Positions 6,281 to 15,191 of a stretch of 64,000 bases of DNA are shown here, in pieces. The number at the start of each line of letters is the position of its first letter. Position 1 is the first letter of the stretch. The stretch lies in assembly GCA_945901795.1 (NCBI GenBank), contig CAMDLP010000002.1, forward strand, positions 21,325 through 85,324, given 5' to 3'. The position numbers and the translations under genes are program-made. The notes beneath the pieces were generated by a model. That model made no database searches. It was not told the DNA's origin and saw nothing but the letters and a program-made list of their open reading frames with translations. The stretch is from Akkermansia muciniphila. Lineage in GTDB: Bacteria; Verrucomicrobiota; Verrucomicrobiia; Verrucomicrobiales; Akkermansiaceae.

Positions 6281-9109
6281 ATGAGCGGCGTTTTCGATAG
6301 ACCACTCACGTTGGCCGATGCCGCCGGCGTGCATGCGCGCAGCCCGTCAGAGGAAAAGGTCGCGCTGTTCCGCTCGTTGTTTCGCGGGCGTGAGGATGTC
6401 TATCCGCGCCGTTTCGTAAGCAAGAAAACCGGGAAACCAGGATATGCCCCGGTCTGTGCCAACGAATGGGTCCGCGGCATCTGTGAGAAACCCCGGATCA
6501 AATGCGGGGATTGCCCGCACCGCGCATTCCTGCCGGTGACCGATGAAGTCATCTGCTGGCATCTGTCAGGAAAAGACAGGGCCGGGCAGGAGTTCATCGC
6601 CGGAGTCTATCCGATGTTCGCCGACGAGACCTGCTATTTCCTGGCCATGGATTTCGATAAGGAATTCTGGCGGGATGACGTGCTCGCGGTGATGGAAACC
6701 TGCCGCATCCTGCAAATTCCAGCCGCGCTCGAACGCTCGCGCTCCGGCAATGGCGGCCATGTCTGGTTATTTTTCACCGACGCGGTTCCCGCGACGATGG
6801 CGCGCAAGCTCGGGTCGTTCATCCTGACGGAAACCATGGAGCGCAGGCCCGAACTTGGCCTCGCATCCTACGACCGGCTGTTTCCCAACCAAGACACGCT
6901 GCCCAAGGGCGGCTTTGGCAACCTGATCGCCCTGCCGATGCAGAAAGGCCCGCGGGAGAATGGCAACAGCGTGTTCGTCGATGAAACCCTCACTCCCCAT
7001 CCGGATCCGTGGGCGTTTCTTTCCTCTATCCAGAGGCTATCACGCGAACGCGTGGAATCCATCACGCAGGACGCGGAAAGCCGTGGCCGCGTGGTCGGCG
7101 TGCGCTTCGCTCTATCCACCGATGACGAACCGGAACCATGGAACGCCCTCCCATCGCGGCGTCATCGCGAGCCTTCTATCAGTGGTCCGTTGCTGAAAGA
7201 AATCGAGGTGGTGCTCGGTGATTTGGTTTACATCACCAAAAAGGGAATTTCGCCTGCCTTACAAAACCGCGTGCTGCGTCTCGCCGCTTTTCAAAATCCG
7301 GAGTTTTACCGCGCCCAAGCCATGCGCCTCTCGACCCACGACAAACCTCGTGTCATCGCCTGCGGGGAAGATCACCCCGCACACCTTGCTCTGCCGCGCG
7401 GTTGCCTGGAGGAAATTCTCGCGCTCTTCGCTGAGTTGAAAATCAAACCCTTGATCCATGACCAGCGCGTGACCGGAACACCGCTCGATCTCGATTTCAC
7501 CGGCACACTCCGCCCGGAACAGGAAACCGCCGCCACCGCGATGCTCGCGCACGACACCGGCGTGCTGTCCGCCACCACCGCCTTCGGCAAAACCGTGCTT
7601 GCCGCCCACCTCATCGCCGCCCGCGGGGTGAACACGTTGATTCTGGTCCATCGTCAGCAGCTGCTAGAGCAATGGATCGAGCGCCTCTCGTCCTTTCTCG
7701 GTTTGCCCGCCAAATCCATCGGCCGCCTCGGCGGCGGGCACAAGAAACTTACCGGTGGAATTGACGTCGCCCTCATCCAAAGCCTCGTCCGCAAGGGCGT
7801 CGTCGATGACCGGGTGGCGGACTACGGTCATCTAATCATTGATGAATGCCATCACCTATCCGCCCAAAGTTTCGAGCTGGTCGCCCGCCGTGCCAAAGCC
7901 CGTTTCGTGCTCGGACTTTCCGCCACCGTGGCGCGCAAGGACGGCCGTCACCCGATCATCTTTATGCAGTGCGGCCCCGTCCGCCACCGGGTGGATGCCA
8001 AGCAACAGGCGGATGCCCGACCGTTCACCCATCATGTCATCGTCCGTCCGACCGGCCTCCGCTCCGCCTCCGAACCGGATCCCGACCGACGCCTTGAATA
8101 CCAGAATCTGTGCGCGGAAATCATCCGCTCCGAGCAGCGCAACCACATGATCCGCGACGACGTCGCCGCCGCCCTGCGCGAAGGCCGCTCGCCGCTGGTC
8201 CTAACCGAACGCACCGAACATGTGGCGGTCCTCGCCGAATTGATCCGTCCGCACGCCCCGCACCTGATCATCCTCCAAGGCGGCATGGGCCGGAAATCCC
8301 TGCGTGAGGCGACCGCCCAACTCGCCGCCGTTCCGGAAAGCGAATCCCGCGTGGTCATCGCCACCGGCAAGTTCGTCGGCGAAGGCTTCGATGACTCACG
8401 GCTCGACACGCTTTTTCTAACCATGCCCGTTTCCTGGCGCGGCATCATCGCCCAATACGCCGGACGCCTCCACCGCCTCCACGACGGCAAACGCGAAGTC
8501 AGAGTCCACGACTACGCCGACCTCGATATCCCGATGCTCTCCCGGATGTTCGATAAGCGTTGCGCGGGATATGAAGCAGTCGGCTACACCATTCTACTAC
8601 CTGCCAGTGCGCTTCCCGGTTGGCCCACCGAGGTTCCGCTTCCCATCGATCCCGAATGGAAAAGGGACTACGCCGCCAGCGTCCGCCGCTTGATCCGCGA
8701 TGGCGTGGATGTTCCTCTCGGAAATCTGTTTGTCACCGCCACTTGCTCTAACAACTACCACGAACGAGCCCGCAGCGCCAGCGAAGCTTTCCTTTTCCAA
8801 CGCCTCGAATCCCTACCGGAAACCGCCGGACTGTTCCGGCTCAATGCCAAGCTGCCGATCCCCTTCGATGGTTGGAGCGAGATGGAAATCGACCTGTATT
8901 GCGCCGGACTCAAGCTCGCCATCGAGATCGACGGACCACAACATCTATCCAATCCCGCCGCCTATCGCAGCGACCGCCGCAAGGACGCCTTGCTTCAGGA
9001 AAACGGCTGCCATGTCTTGCGTTTCCTCGCCGAAGACCTCGGCAAACATCTGGATGCTACGCTCGATGCCATCTTACGCGCCATTACGCACCTTCGGAGG
9101 AACCGATAG
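6281..9109 (+). CDS. AEP primase-polymerase / Cys4 knuckle / DEAH-box SF2 helicase / DUF559 (Vsr-like endonuclease) fusion protein, 942 aa
   Basis: AEP motifs: LAMDFD (D124,D126; nt 6650-6658), SRSGNGGHVWLFF (H160), FGNLIALP. Cys cluster CANEW..GICEKPRIKCGDCPH. Helicase: AFGKT (K437, nt 7589-7591), DECH (nt 7841-7852), LSAT, QYAGRLHR. C-terminus: EMEIDLYCAGLKLAIEIDGPQH...RRKDALLQENGCHVLRF is DUF559-like. Confidence 0.85.
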   Translation: MSGVFDRPLTLADAAGVHARSPSEEKVALFRSLFRGREDVYPRRFVSKKTGKPGYAPVCANEWVRGICEKPRIKCGDCPHRAFLPVTDEVICWHLSGKDRAGQEFIAGVYPMFADETCYFLAMDFDKEFWRDDVLAVMETCRILQIPAALERSRSGNGGHVWLFFTDAVPATMARKLGSFILTETMERRPELGLASYDRLFPNQDTLPKGGFGNLIALPMQKGPRENGNSVFVDETLTPHPDPWAFLSSIQRLSRERVESITQDAESRGRVVGVRFALSTDDEPEPWNALPSRRHREPSISGPLLKEIEVVLGDLVYITKKGISPALQNRVLRLAAFQNPEFYRAQAMRLSTHDKPRVIACGEDHPAHLALPRGCLEEILALFAELKIKPLIHDQRVTGTPLDLDFTGTLRPEQETAATAMLAHDTGVLSATTAFGKTVLAAHLIAARGVNTLILVHRQQLLEQWIERLSSFLGLPAKSIGRLGGGHKKLTGGIDVALIQSLVRKGVVDDRVADYGHLIIDECHHLSAQSFELVARRAKARFVLGLSATVARKDGRHPIIFMQCGPVRHRVDAKQQADARPFTHHVIVRPTGLRSASEPDPDRRLEYQNLCAEIIRSEQRNHMIRDDVAAALREGRSPLVLTERTEHVAVLAELIRPHAPHLIILQGGMGRKSLREATAQLAAVPESESRVVIATGKFVGEGFDDSRLDTLFLTMPVSWRGIIAQYAGRLHRLHDGKREVRVHDYADLDIPMLSRMFDKRCAGYEAVGYTILLPASALPGWPTEVPLPIDPEWKRDYAASVRRLIRDGVDVPLGNLFVTATCSNNYHERARSASEAFLFQRLESLPETAGLFRLNAKLPIPFDGWSEMEIDLYCAGLKLAIEIDGPQHLSNPAAYRSDRRKDALLQENGCHVLRFLAEDLGKHLDATLDAILRAITHLRRNR

Positions 9110-9168
9110 AAAGCCGGGACACATTTGTTGGAATTTCCTGTCCACGACATGCATCGGCAGAAACGCGC

Positions 9169-9579
9169 TCACGACCAGCGCCGCACCCATTCGGCCGGTA
9201 GGCGCATGGGTTTGCCGGCGGGCATTTGGACGAGGGCGAGGGCTTGGCGGGCGGTGACGAGGAGCGCACCGTCGGACTCGCGGACCATTTCGAAGGCGCA
9301 CCAAAACCGGGCGCGCGACATCTCGTCGAGCCGGCCGCGGATGACGAGCCAGTCGCCGAGCTTGGCGGGGAGCTTGTAATCGACCTCGGTGCGGGTGACC
9401 ACGGGGTAAATCTGGGTGCCGGACATCGTCGGCAAGTCCATGCCCATTTGCGCGGCGAGGCGGGTGCGGCAGGTTTCGATCATCCGCAGGTAGGCGAGGT
9501 TGTGGACGACTCCGCCGCAGTCGGTGTCGAAAAACATGACTTCTTCACGGGTTTCCAGGCTCGGGACGCGGTCGGACAT
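9169..9579 (-). CDS. Hotdog-fold acyl-CoA thioesterase (YbgC/4HBT family; possible DHNA-CoA thioesterase)
   Basis: 136 aa; MFFDTDCGGVVHNLAYLRMIE is the typical 4HBT catalytic-Asp region. Confidence 0.75.
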   Translation of the reverse strand: MSDRVPSLETREEVMFFDTDCGGVVHNLAYLRMIETCRTRLAAQMGMDLPTMSGTQIYPVVTRTEVDYKLPAKLGDWLVIRGRLDEMSRARFWCAFEMVRESDGALLVTARQALALVQMPAGKPMRLPAEWVRRWS

Positions 9580-9659
9580 GCGGCGATTTAGGCCCAGCCG
9601 GGCGGAATCTGCAATGTTCGCTTGTGAGGCGGCGCAGGGATTTGCTTAAACCAAGCAGG

Positions 9660-11432
9660 ATGCGTCCGGGAAAATTCCATGTGTTGCGAGTCGCGGGGTT
9701 GTCGCTGGCAGCGGCGACCTGCCTTTTCGCGCAAAAGTTCGCGCCGCCCGCAGAAGGCCCGGTGGCGTTCCGGCGCGACCGAATCCCGCTGGATGCCGAG
9801 GCGATGGCGGGTCTTTCCCGGCAGCTCGCGACGCTGGCCGAGGGACTGGATTTCAAAACGGCGGCAAACCGCCGTGCCGCAGCACAGATGCTCGCGCTCG
9901 CGGTAACCCTTGATCCAGCTAACAGCAAGACGAGGGAGCTCATCGCCCGATTCCAAGCAGAAAAACACCTGCCACCAGCCGATCCGCAGGAGGCCGGGAG
10001 AGCCAGAGAGCAAATCTGGCAGCATCTAACCTGGCTGGAGACGCCGGAGTCCGGGACCCCCGGCCAGGCGCTGGCCGCGTGCCTGACGGACGTCATGCTC
10101 GTTTCCGATCCGGCCCATCCGCGGGCGGAGGCCTTGCGCGCCGCCGGGGAGCGCGGCGCATGGCAGGGCTGGATTCCCGAACTCGGTGCCTACGAAACCG
10201 TGGCCGCCGTAAAACCCAAGCCACCCGAGGAAGTGGTGGCCGCGGTGCCCGCCAAGCCCGGCATCCTCCTTTCCAAGGCGCGGGTTTTCACGCCGCTTTG
10301 GAAAAATGTCGGTAACGACGAGTCCATGAAATGGGTTCTCTGCCGCGCTCCGCTCCAAATGTCCGCCGCAATAATCCCGGCCGGGGAGGGTGAATCGAGT
10401 CCCTTTTCCGTGACCATCGGCGCCACGAATGACGATCACCGGCTCTCGCGGCTGCACATCGCGCTCCGCGCAATCCTCAAGCAACAACACGGCAGCCTGC
10501 CTGCGGGCGGGCGCGTCACCATCACCAGCAGCGCCTTGGAAACGTCGCTCAAGTCTAATAAAAGCCATGCGATCAGCGCCGCCGCCGCCGTGCTCGCGAG
10601 CTCCGCGATTTCCGGCCGCGAGCCGGATGCCACGATCATCGGCCTGATCGATGAAAGCGGGGCTTTCAAGCTGCCGCAGCGATTCTGGGAGCAGCTCAAG
10701 TCGCTAGGCCCCGGCCAAGGCGGCCGCCTAGTCCTCCCCGCCGCCGCCGCCGCTTACCTGCCCTCGATGTTGGCCCTGGAAAATCCCGGATTTTTCCTCG
10801 AATACGAAGTCTTGCTCGCCTCGAACTTCCGGGAACTCCTCGACCTAACGGAAAAATCGCCCAGTGAGAACCTTGAGAAAACCTCCGCACAGTTCCGGGA
10901 AATCCGCGAAAAAGCCACCTCCCAAGTAATCGGCAACTACCTTTCCAACAGCTTTGTCCGCCGCCGCCTGGAGGAGCTCGCCCAGCAAGCCCCCTACCAT
11001 TACTCGGCGAAAATGCTCGCCCTCCAAGGCTCGGGAAATCGCCCCGCCTATATTTCCCGGGCGGTTCTCGCTGCCGAACTCCGCCGCGTCATCGAGCCTC
11101 TCGACTGGCTCGCGCAACGGGATTATTACAGTCTTTCCAAGGCCAAATCGGATCAGCTGAGATCCGCCCAAGACACCTTCCGGAGCGAGGCCGATCGCCT
11201 TTTCCGCTGTACGGAAAAGGGCGATCGCCAACTGCTGGCCCGTGCGCAGGAAATAGCCACCGCCATCCGGACTCTGGAGCGGACCCTCAAAACGCGCGAT
11301 GAGTTTAACGCCGAGGGCTCCGAGGGCTCTGGGGGCTTTTCCGCCTATTCGGCGCTGGCCCGCGTTCACGCCGAAATCACCGCGGAGCTCGCCACCGCGA
11401 TCGGAAATCCCGAGGCCGCCTCGGCCCGCTAA
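9660..11432 (+). CDS. Secreted hypothetical protein (about 590 aa)
   Basis: MRPGKFHVLRVAGLSLAAATCLFAQ signal peptide; long ORF with coding-like composition; no confident family. Confidence 0.6.
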   Translation: MRPGKFHVLRVAGLSLAAATCLFAQKFAPPAEGPVAFRRDRIPLDAEAMAGLSRQLATLAEGLDFKTAANRRAAAQMLALAVTLDPANSKTRELIARFQAEKHLPPADPQEAGRAREQIWQHLTWLETPESGTPGQALAACLTDVMLVSDPAHPRAEALRAAGERGAWQGWIPELGAYETVAAVKPKPPEEVVAAVPAKPGILLSKARVFTPLWKNVGNDESMKWVLCRAPLQMSAAIIPAGEGESSPFSVTIGATNDDHRLSRLHIALRAILKQQHGSLPAGGRVTITSSALETSLKSNKSHAISAAAAVLASSAISGREPDATIIGLIDESGAFKLPQRFWEQLKSLGPGQGGRLVLPAAAAAYLPSMLALENPGFFLEYEVLLASNFRELLDLTEKSPSENLEKTSAQFREIREKATSQVIGNYLSNSFVRRRLEELAQQAPYHYSAKMLALQGSGNRPAYISRAVLAAELRRVIEPLDWLAQRDYYSLSKAKSDQLRSAQDTFRSEADRLFRCTEKGDRQLLARAQEIATAIRTLERTLKTRDEFNAEGSEGSGGFSAYSALARVHAEITAELATAIGNPEAASAR

Positions 11433-11530
11433 ATGGTCTCGCCGCTTGCGTCAGCCAGTCAAGAATTGGCCGAATCTGGCTGGAAATTTCCGCTGGGTAA
11501 TCACACCGGACCGTCTATTTTCCCGGGCAA

Positions 11531-11749
11531 ATGAACTTCAGCCTCGATCCCTACAACCTGCTCGCGGGATTCATCTTTGGGACGATCGGCTGGGGCGCGT
11601 TCCGGTATGGGAAGCGGCTGGATTTGTGGCAACCGCAGGCCATCGGGGTGGCGTTGATGGTTTATCCCTACTTGTTTACCAATAACTGGCTGCTGTGGGG
11701 GATCGGCGTGGGGCTGATGGTCCTGCTGTGGTTTTTCCATCACGAGTGA
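11531..11749 (+). CDS. Small membrane protein (72 aa, 2-3 TM)
   Basis: Hydrophobic, Trp/Gly-rich segments; no long competing ORF on the opposite strand before 11676. Confidence 0.45.
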   Translation: MNFSLDPYNLLAGFIFGTIGWGAFRYGKRLDLWQPQAIGVALMVYPYLFTNNWLLWGIGVGLMVLLWFFHHE

Positions 11750-11807
11750 GATGGCACCGGATTTCCCTTGGCAGAAGGGCGGTTTTTCCCGCTAGTTTCC
11801 CCCGCCC

Positions 11808-12770
11808 ATGCCAACCGAAGCGATCCTTTCCACCGTCCGCCAGTTCCTCGGCGTGGACCCGACCGTGCGCATCACGCTCGAGCCGATCAAACGCGGCGCC
11901 TCGGGCCGCACGATCGTCCGGGTGAAAACGCCGGGCCACGAGCCGTTCATCGGCGTGCATTGGACCGAGGAGCGCGAGGACAACTCGCAGTTCATCCCGG
12001 TCGCGCAGTTCCTGAAACAGGCGAAATTGCGCGTGCCGACGATCATTCACGACCGGGCGAGGTATCGGGTGGCGTTGGTCGAGGATCTGGGCGACGTGGA
12101 TCTGCTGTCGCTGAAAGACCGGCCGTTTGCGGAGCGGCTGCCGCTTTACCGCTCGGCGTTCGAGCAGGTGGACAAGTTGTTTTATGCGAAGCCGGCGAAG
12201 GATTTCCACCTGATGCCGCCGTTCGACGCCGCGCTCTATCGTTGGGAGCAGGAGTATTTTTTCGAATACATGGTCGAGGATTTCCTCGGGCTGGATGCCG
12301 GCGGACTGCGTAAAAACGAGGCGTTCATCGACCTCTCGCAGCGCCTCGGCACGGTCGCGCGGCACCTGGTGCACCGGGATTTCCAGTCGCAAAATCTGAT
12401 GATCAAGGACGACAAGGTCTGGCTCATCGACTTCCAAGGCCTCCGCCGCGGCCGTCAGGAATACGATCTCGCGTCGTTGATTTTCGACCCCTACCTCGAC
12501 CACTCCGCCGAGGAGCGCGAGCAGCTTCTCAAGCTCTGGGAGGAAATCGCCGACGAGCGGCCGCTGGAAAAGCTGTTCCACGAATGCGCCGCCCAACGCC
12601 TGATGCAGGCGCTCGGGGCGTATGGAAACATCGTGAAAAACCGCGGCGACGAGTGGTATCGGCCGCACATCGCGACGGCCGCGCGGCTGCTCGGCGAGGT
12701 GACCGCCGGCACGCCGCTGGAAACTCCGCTCGCGCCGGTGCTCACGGCGATCCGCCAATCGGAAAAGTGA
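11808..12770 (+). CDS. Aminoglycoside-phosphotransferase-fold kinase, AmgK-like (anomeric MurNAc/GlcNAc kinase family)
   Basis: HRDFQSQNLMI, WLIDFQGLRRGRQEYDLASLIFDPY: catalytic loop and DFQ motif of the APH/AmgK family. Confidence 0.75.
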   Translation: MPTEAILSTVRQFLGVDPTVRITLEPIKRGASGRTIVRVKTPGHEPFIGVHWTEEREDNSQFIPVAQFLKQAKLRVPTIIHDRARYRVALVEDLGDVDLLSLKDRPFAERLPLYRSAFEQVDKLFYAKPAKDFHLMPPFDAALYRWEQEYFFEYMVEDFLGLDAGGLRKNEAFIDLSQRLGTVARHLVHRDFQSQNLMIKDDKVWLIDFQGLRRGRQEYDLASLIFDPYLDHSAEEREQLLKLWEEIADERPLEKLFHECAAQRLMQALGAYGNIVKNRGDEWYRPHIATAARLLGEVTAGTPLETPLAPVLTAIRQSEK

Positions 12771-14203
12771 CCAGCTCGTTCCATCGCCGGCTGCGTGCGC
12801 TGCTCATTTCGGCGGCGGCCCTCGCTGTGTGGCTGGCGGTGCCGGGCACGGGAGTGGACCGCGCGGCGTTCACGACGGTGGCTAGCAGCTTCGTCAATCC
12901 GCCGCTGTTCGTCAGCGGACACGGCACCCGCGCCAATCCGTGGAAGCTGCGAGCGTTTTCCTCTGAGTCGAAGTTAGATCGGCGCAACGCTCCGGTGATC
13001 GTCGCGCTGGAGGACGATCCGGAGGGCTTCTTCCAATCGTCGCCGCCTGCGCCCATCGACCTGGCGGTGATCTTCACGAACTTCCACCGGCTCGGCGCGA
13101 AAAAGGCGGCTACGGCGGCGGTGCTGGCTTGGGAAACGCCGGACCCGATCGGGCTGGCGGCCTTGGAGAAATCGCTGGCGCGTTTCGATTCGCTGGTGAT
13201 GGCTGCACCGCTTTCCCGCGGCGCCGTGGCCTCGGCGATGCCTCGGGCTTTCCGCCGTGCTTCGATCCCGCTGGCGGCCGTTAGGGGCGACACCTCGTCG
13301 CTGCCGGTGGTCAACCGGGTTCCGATTCCGGGCGTGATCTTGGGCGGACCCAATGCGTTGGCGGGATTTTCCGTGCTCGAAGCTGCAGCGGCGGATCGCT
13401 TTCCCCCGCTGTTGGCGCGCTGGGAAGACCGCGTCGTTTTCGGCTTTCCGCTGCTCACCGTGCTCCAGCGGCTTGATCTCCCGACCGACGGCGTGGAAGT
13501 GCGTCTCGGCGAATATCTGAAACTCAGCCCGGCCGGGCCGACCATTCCGATCGACGACTACGGCCGCCTCGCCGTGCCACTCAAACCGATCCGCGGCCTC
13601 GCCGAAATTTCCGCCGAGGCGTTGATCGACGGCGGCGACGATTTGTTCCCAAAGCAAGCGCCCGATCCGGTGATCCTGCGAGACGACCGCAGCGCCGTAG
13701 AACCCGCGACCCGGGCCTTCTCGCAGAATCTATCCGCCACGATCGCCGCCATCGCGTCCGACGAGGGACTGGCCGAAGTCCGCGAATATCCGCGGCTGGC
13801 ACCGGTCTGGGAAATCGAGTTTCTGGCGGTGTTCGTCATCGTGCTCACGCTGCTTTCCAAGGCGTCGGACTTCACGCGGCGGCTGGGTTTCCTGGTGGTC
13901 GCCGGTGTCTGTCTATCCGCGCAATGGATCGCGCTGGGCATGGCGTCCGTCTGGCTGCCGGGCTTGGCGGCGCTCGCGACGATTCTGGCGGCGCTGGTTG
14001 CTTCACGGCTGATCCTTGAAAGGACTCCGAAGCCGGTTTCCGAGAACGAAATTCTGCGGGTGCCGAAACCCGCGCCACCGACGAAGAAAGCTCGCGCCCC
14101 TTCGGAAAAAGCTCCCGTCGAAAAACCGGCAGAAAAAACCTCCCCGAAAAAAGCCGCGACACCTCGCAAGCCGCGCACTAAAAAGCCCCCCGCCGACACC
14201 TGA
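12767..14203 (+). CDS. Membrane protein with a large extracytoplasmic domain (CHASE2-like topology) and a Lys/Pro/Ala-rich C-terminal tail
   Basis: GTG start overlapping the upstream stop (GTGA); N-terminal TM, about 380-aa domain, three TM segments, then PKPAPPTKKARAPSEKAPVEKPAEKTSPKKAATPRKPRTKKPP. Confidence 0.6.
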   Translation: MTSSFHRRLRALLISAAALAVWLAVPGTGVDRAAFTTVASSFVNPPLFVSGHGTRANPWKLRAFSSESKLDRRNAPVIVALEDDPEGFFQSSPPAPIDLAVIFTNFHRLGAKKAATAAVLAWETPDPIGLAALEKSLARFDSLVMAAPLSRGAVASAMPRAFRRASIPLAAVRGDTSSLPVVNRVPIPGVILGGPNALAGFSVLEAAAADRFPPLLARWEDRVVFGFPLLTVLQRLDLPTDGVEVRLGEYLKLSPAGPTIPIDDYGRLAVPLKPIRGLAEISAEALIDGGDDLFPKQAPDPVILRDDRSAVEPATRAFSQNLSATIAAIASDEGLAEVREYPRLAPVWEIEFLAVFVIVLTLLSKASDFTRRLGFLVVAGVCLSAQWIALGMASVWLPGLAALATILAALVASRLILERTPKPVSENEILRVPKPAPPTKKARAPSEKAPVEKPAEKTSPKKAATPRKPRTKKPPADT

Positions 14204-14210
14204 CTCGCCC

Positions 14211-15080
14211 ATGGACCCCATCGAAAAAGCCAACGTTCTCATCGAAGCCCTGCCTTACCTGCAAGCGTTTCGCGGGATGACCTTCGTCATCAAAATGGGC
14301 GGTTCCGCGATGGAAGACCCGGATCTGGTCGCCCGCGTCATGCGCGACATCGTTTTCCTCGAAGTCGCCGGCATCAATCCGATCGTCGTCCACGGCGGCG
14401 GCAAGGCGATCTCTGCGGCGATGGAAGCCGCCGGTCTTGAGGCGAAATTCGTCGGCGGTTTCCGCGTCACGACGGACGAGGCGATCGACATCGTCGCCCG
14501 TGTGTTGTCGGAGGAAATCAATCCCGGCCTCGTCCGGATGATCCGCGATTTCGGCGGCAAGGCGGTGGGCATTCCGGGAAACGATGTTTTCCTCGGCGAG
14601 AAAATCAAAGGCACCGACGCGGACGGAAACCGCGTCGATCTCGGCCGCGTCGGCGAAGTCGTCGGCTGCCAGCTCGCGCACATGGACGCCGCGCACCAAG
14701 CCGGGATCGTCCCGGTCATTTCCCCGCTCGCCGCCGAGCTCGCCACCGGCAAGCCGCTCAACATCAACGCCGACCTCGCCGCCGCCGCGCTCGCGAAGGA
14801 GCTCCGCGTCGCGAAACTGGTCTATCTCTCGGATGTTCCCGGCCTGCTGTCCGATCCCAAGGATCCGTCCTCGCTGGTCAAATCCGTCACCCGCAAGGAG
14901 GCCGATGCGATGATCGCCGACGGCACGATTTCCGGCGGCATGATCCCTAAAATCCGCAGCGCTGTGGACGCCCTCAACGCCGGCGTCCGCAAAGTCCACT
15001 TCGTCGATGGCCGCCTGCCTCACGCGCTGCTGTTGGAGATTTTCACCGACGGCGGCATCGGCACCGAAGTCGTGCGCTAA
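14211..15080 (+). CDS. argB: Acetylglutamate kinase
   Basis: MDPIEKANVLIEALPYLQAFRGMTFVIKMGGSAM, VVHGGG, NINADLAA: canonical ArgB. Confidence 0.9.
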   Translation: MDPIEKANVLIEALPYLQAFRGMTFVIKMGGSAMEDPDLVARVMRDIVFLEVAGINPIVVHGGGKAISAAMEAAGLEAKFVGGFRVTTDEAIDIVARVLSEEINPGLVRMIRDFGGKAVGIPGNDVFLGEKIKGTDADGNRVDLGRVGEVVGCQLAHMDAAHQAGIVPVISPLAAELATGKPLNINADLAAAALAKELRVAKLVYLSDVPGLLSDPKDPSSLVKSVTRKEADAMIADGTISGGMIPKIRSAVDALNAGVRKVHFVDGRLPHALLLEIFTDGGIGTEVVR

Positions 15081-15191
15081 CCGATCCGTGCCGCACTCCG
15101 GAGTGCTCGATGCTCTGCTCGCGCCCACGGCGGCATGATCGGAGAATACCGGCGATTTTTTTGGCAAGCCACGCTAACCGATCCGCGCCGC
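15075..15191. repeat. 20-nt direct repeat (19/20 identical) flanking a 77-bp spacer between argB and menA
   Basis: CGCTAACCGATCCGTGCCGC at 15075-15094 and CGCTAACCGATCCGCGCCGC at 15172-15191. Copy 1 contains the argB stop; copy 2 contains the menA stop on the other strand. Confidence 0.6.

Noticed and set aside
9660-11432. Lon-protease-like (S16) domain in the 590-aa secreted protein
   Set aside because: The segment KSHAISAAAAVLASSAISGREPDATIIGLIDESGAFKLPQ loosely recalls the Lon proteolytic domain. However, the GPSAG Ser motif and the catalytic Lys context are not convincingly present, so this is too weak to call without a profile search.
11676-12758. Long antisense ORFs: 11676-12758, 14178-15167, 16472-17473, 21158-22429, 23726-24685, 31798-33036, 33526-34683, 43196-44041
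   Set aside because: Each lies opposite a gene with strong, specific family signatures (AmgK-like, argB, accD, dnaA, SSF, PfkB, avtA, GH). Their translations are Arg/Gly/Ala/Asp-rich low-complexity strings typical of stop-codon-poor mirror frames in high-GC DNA.
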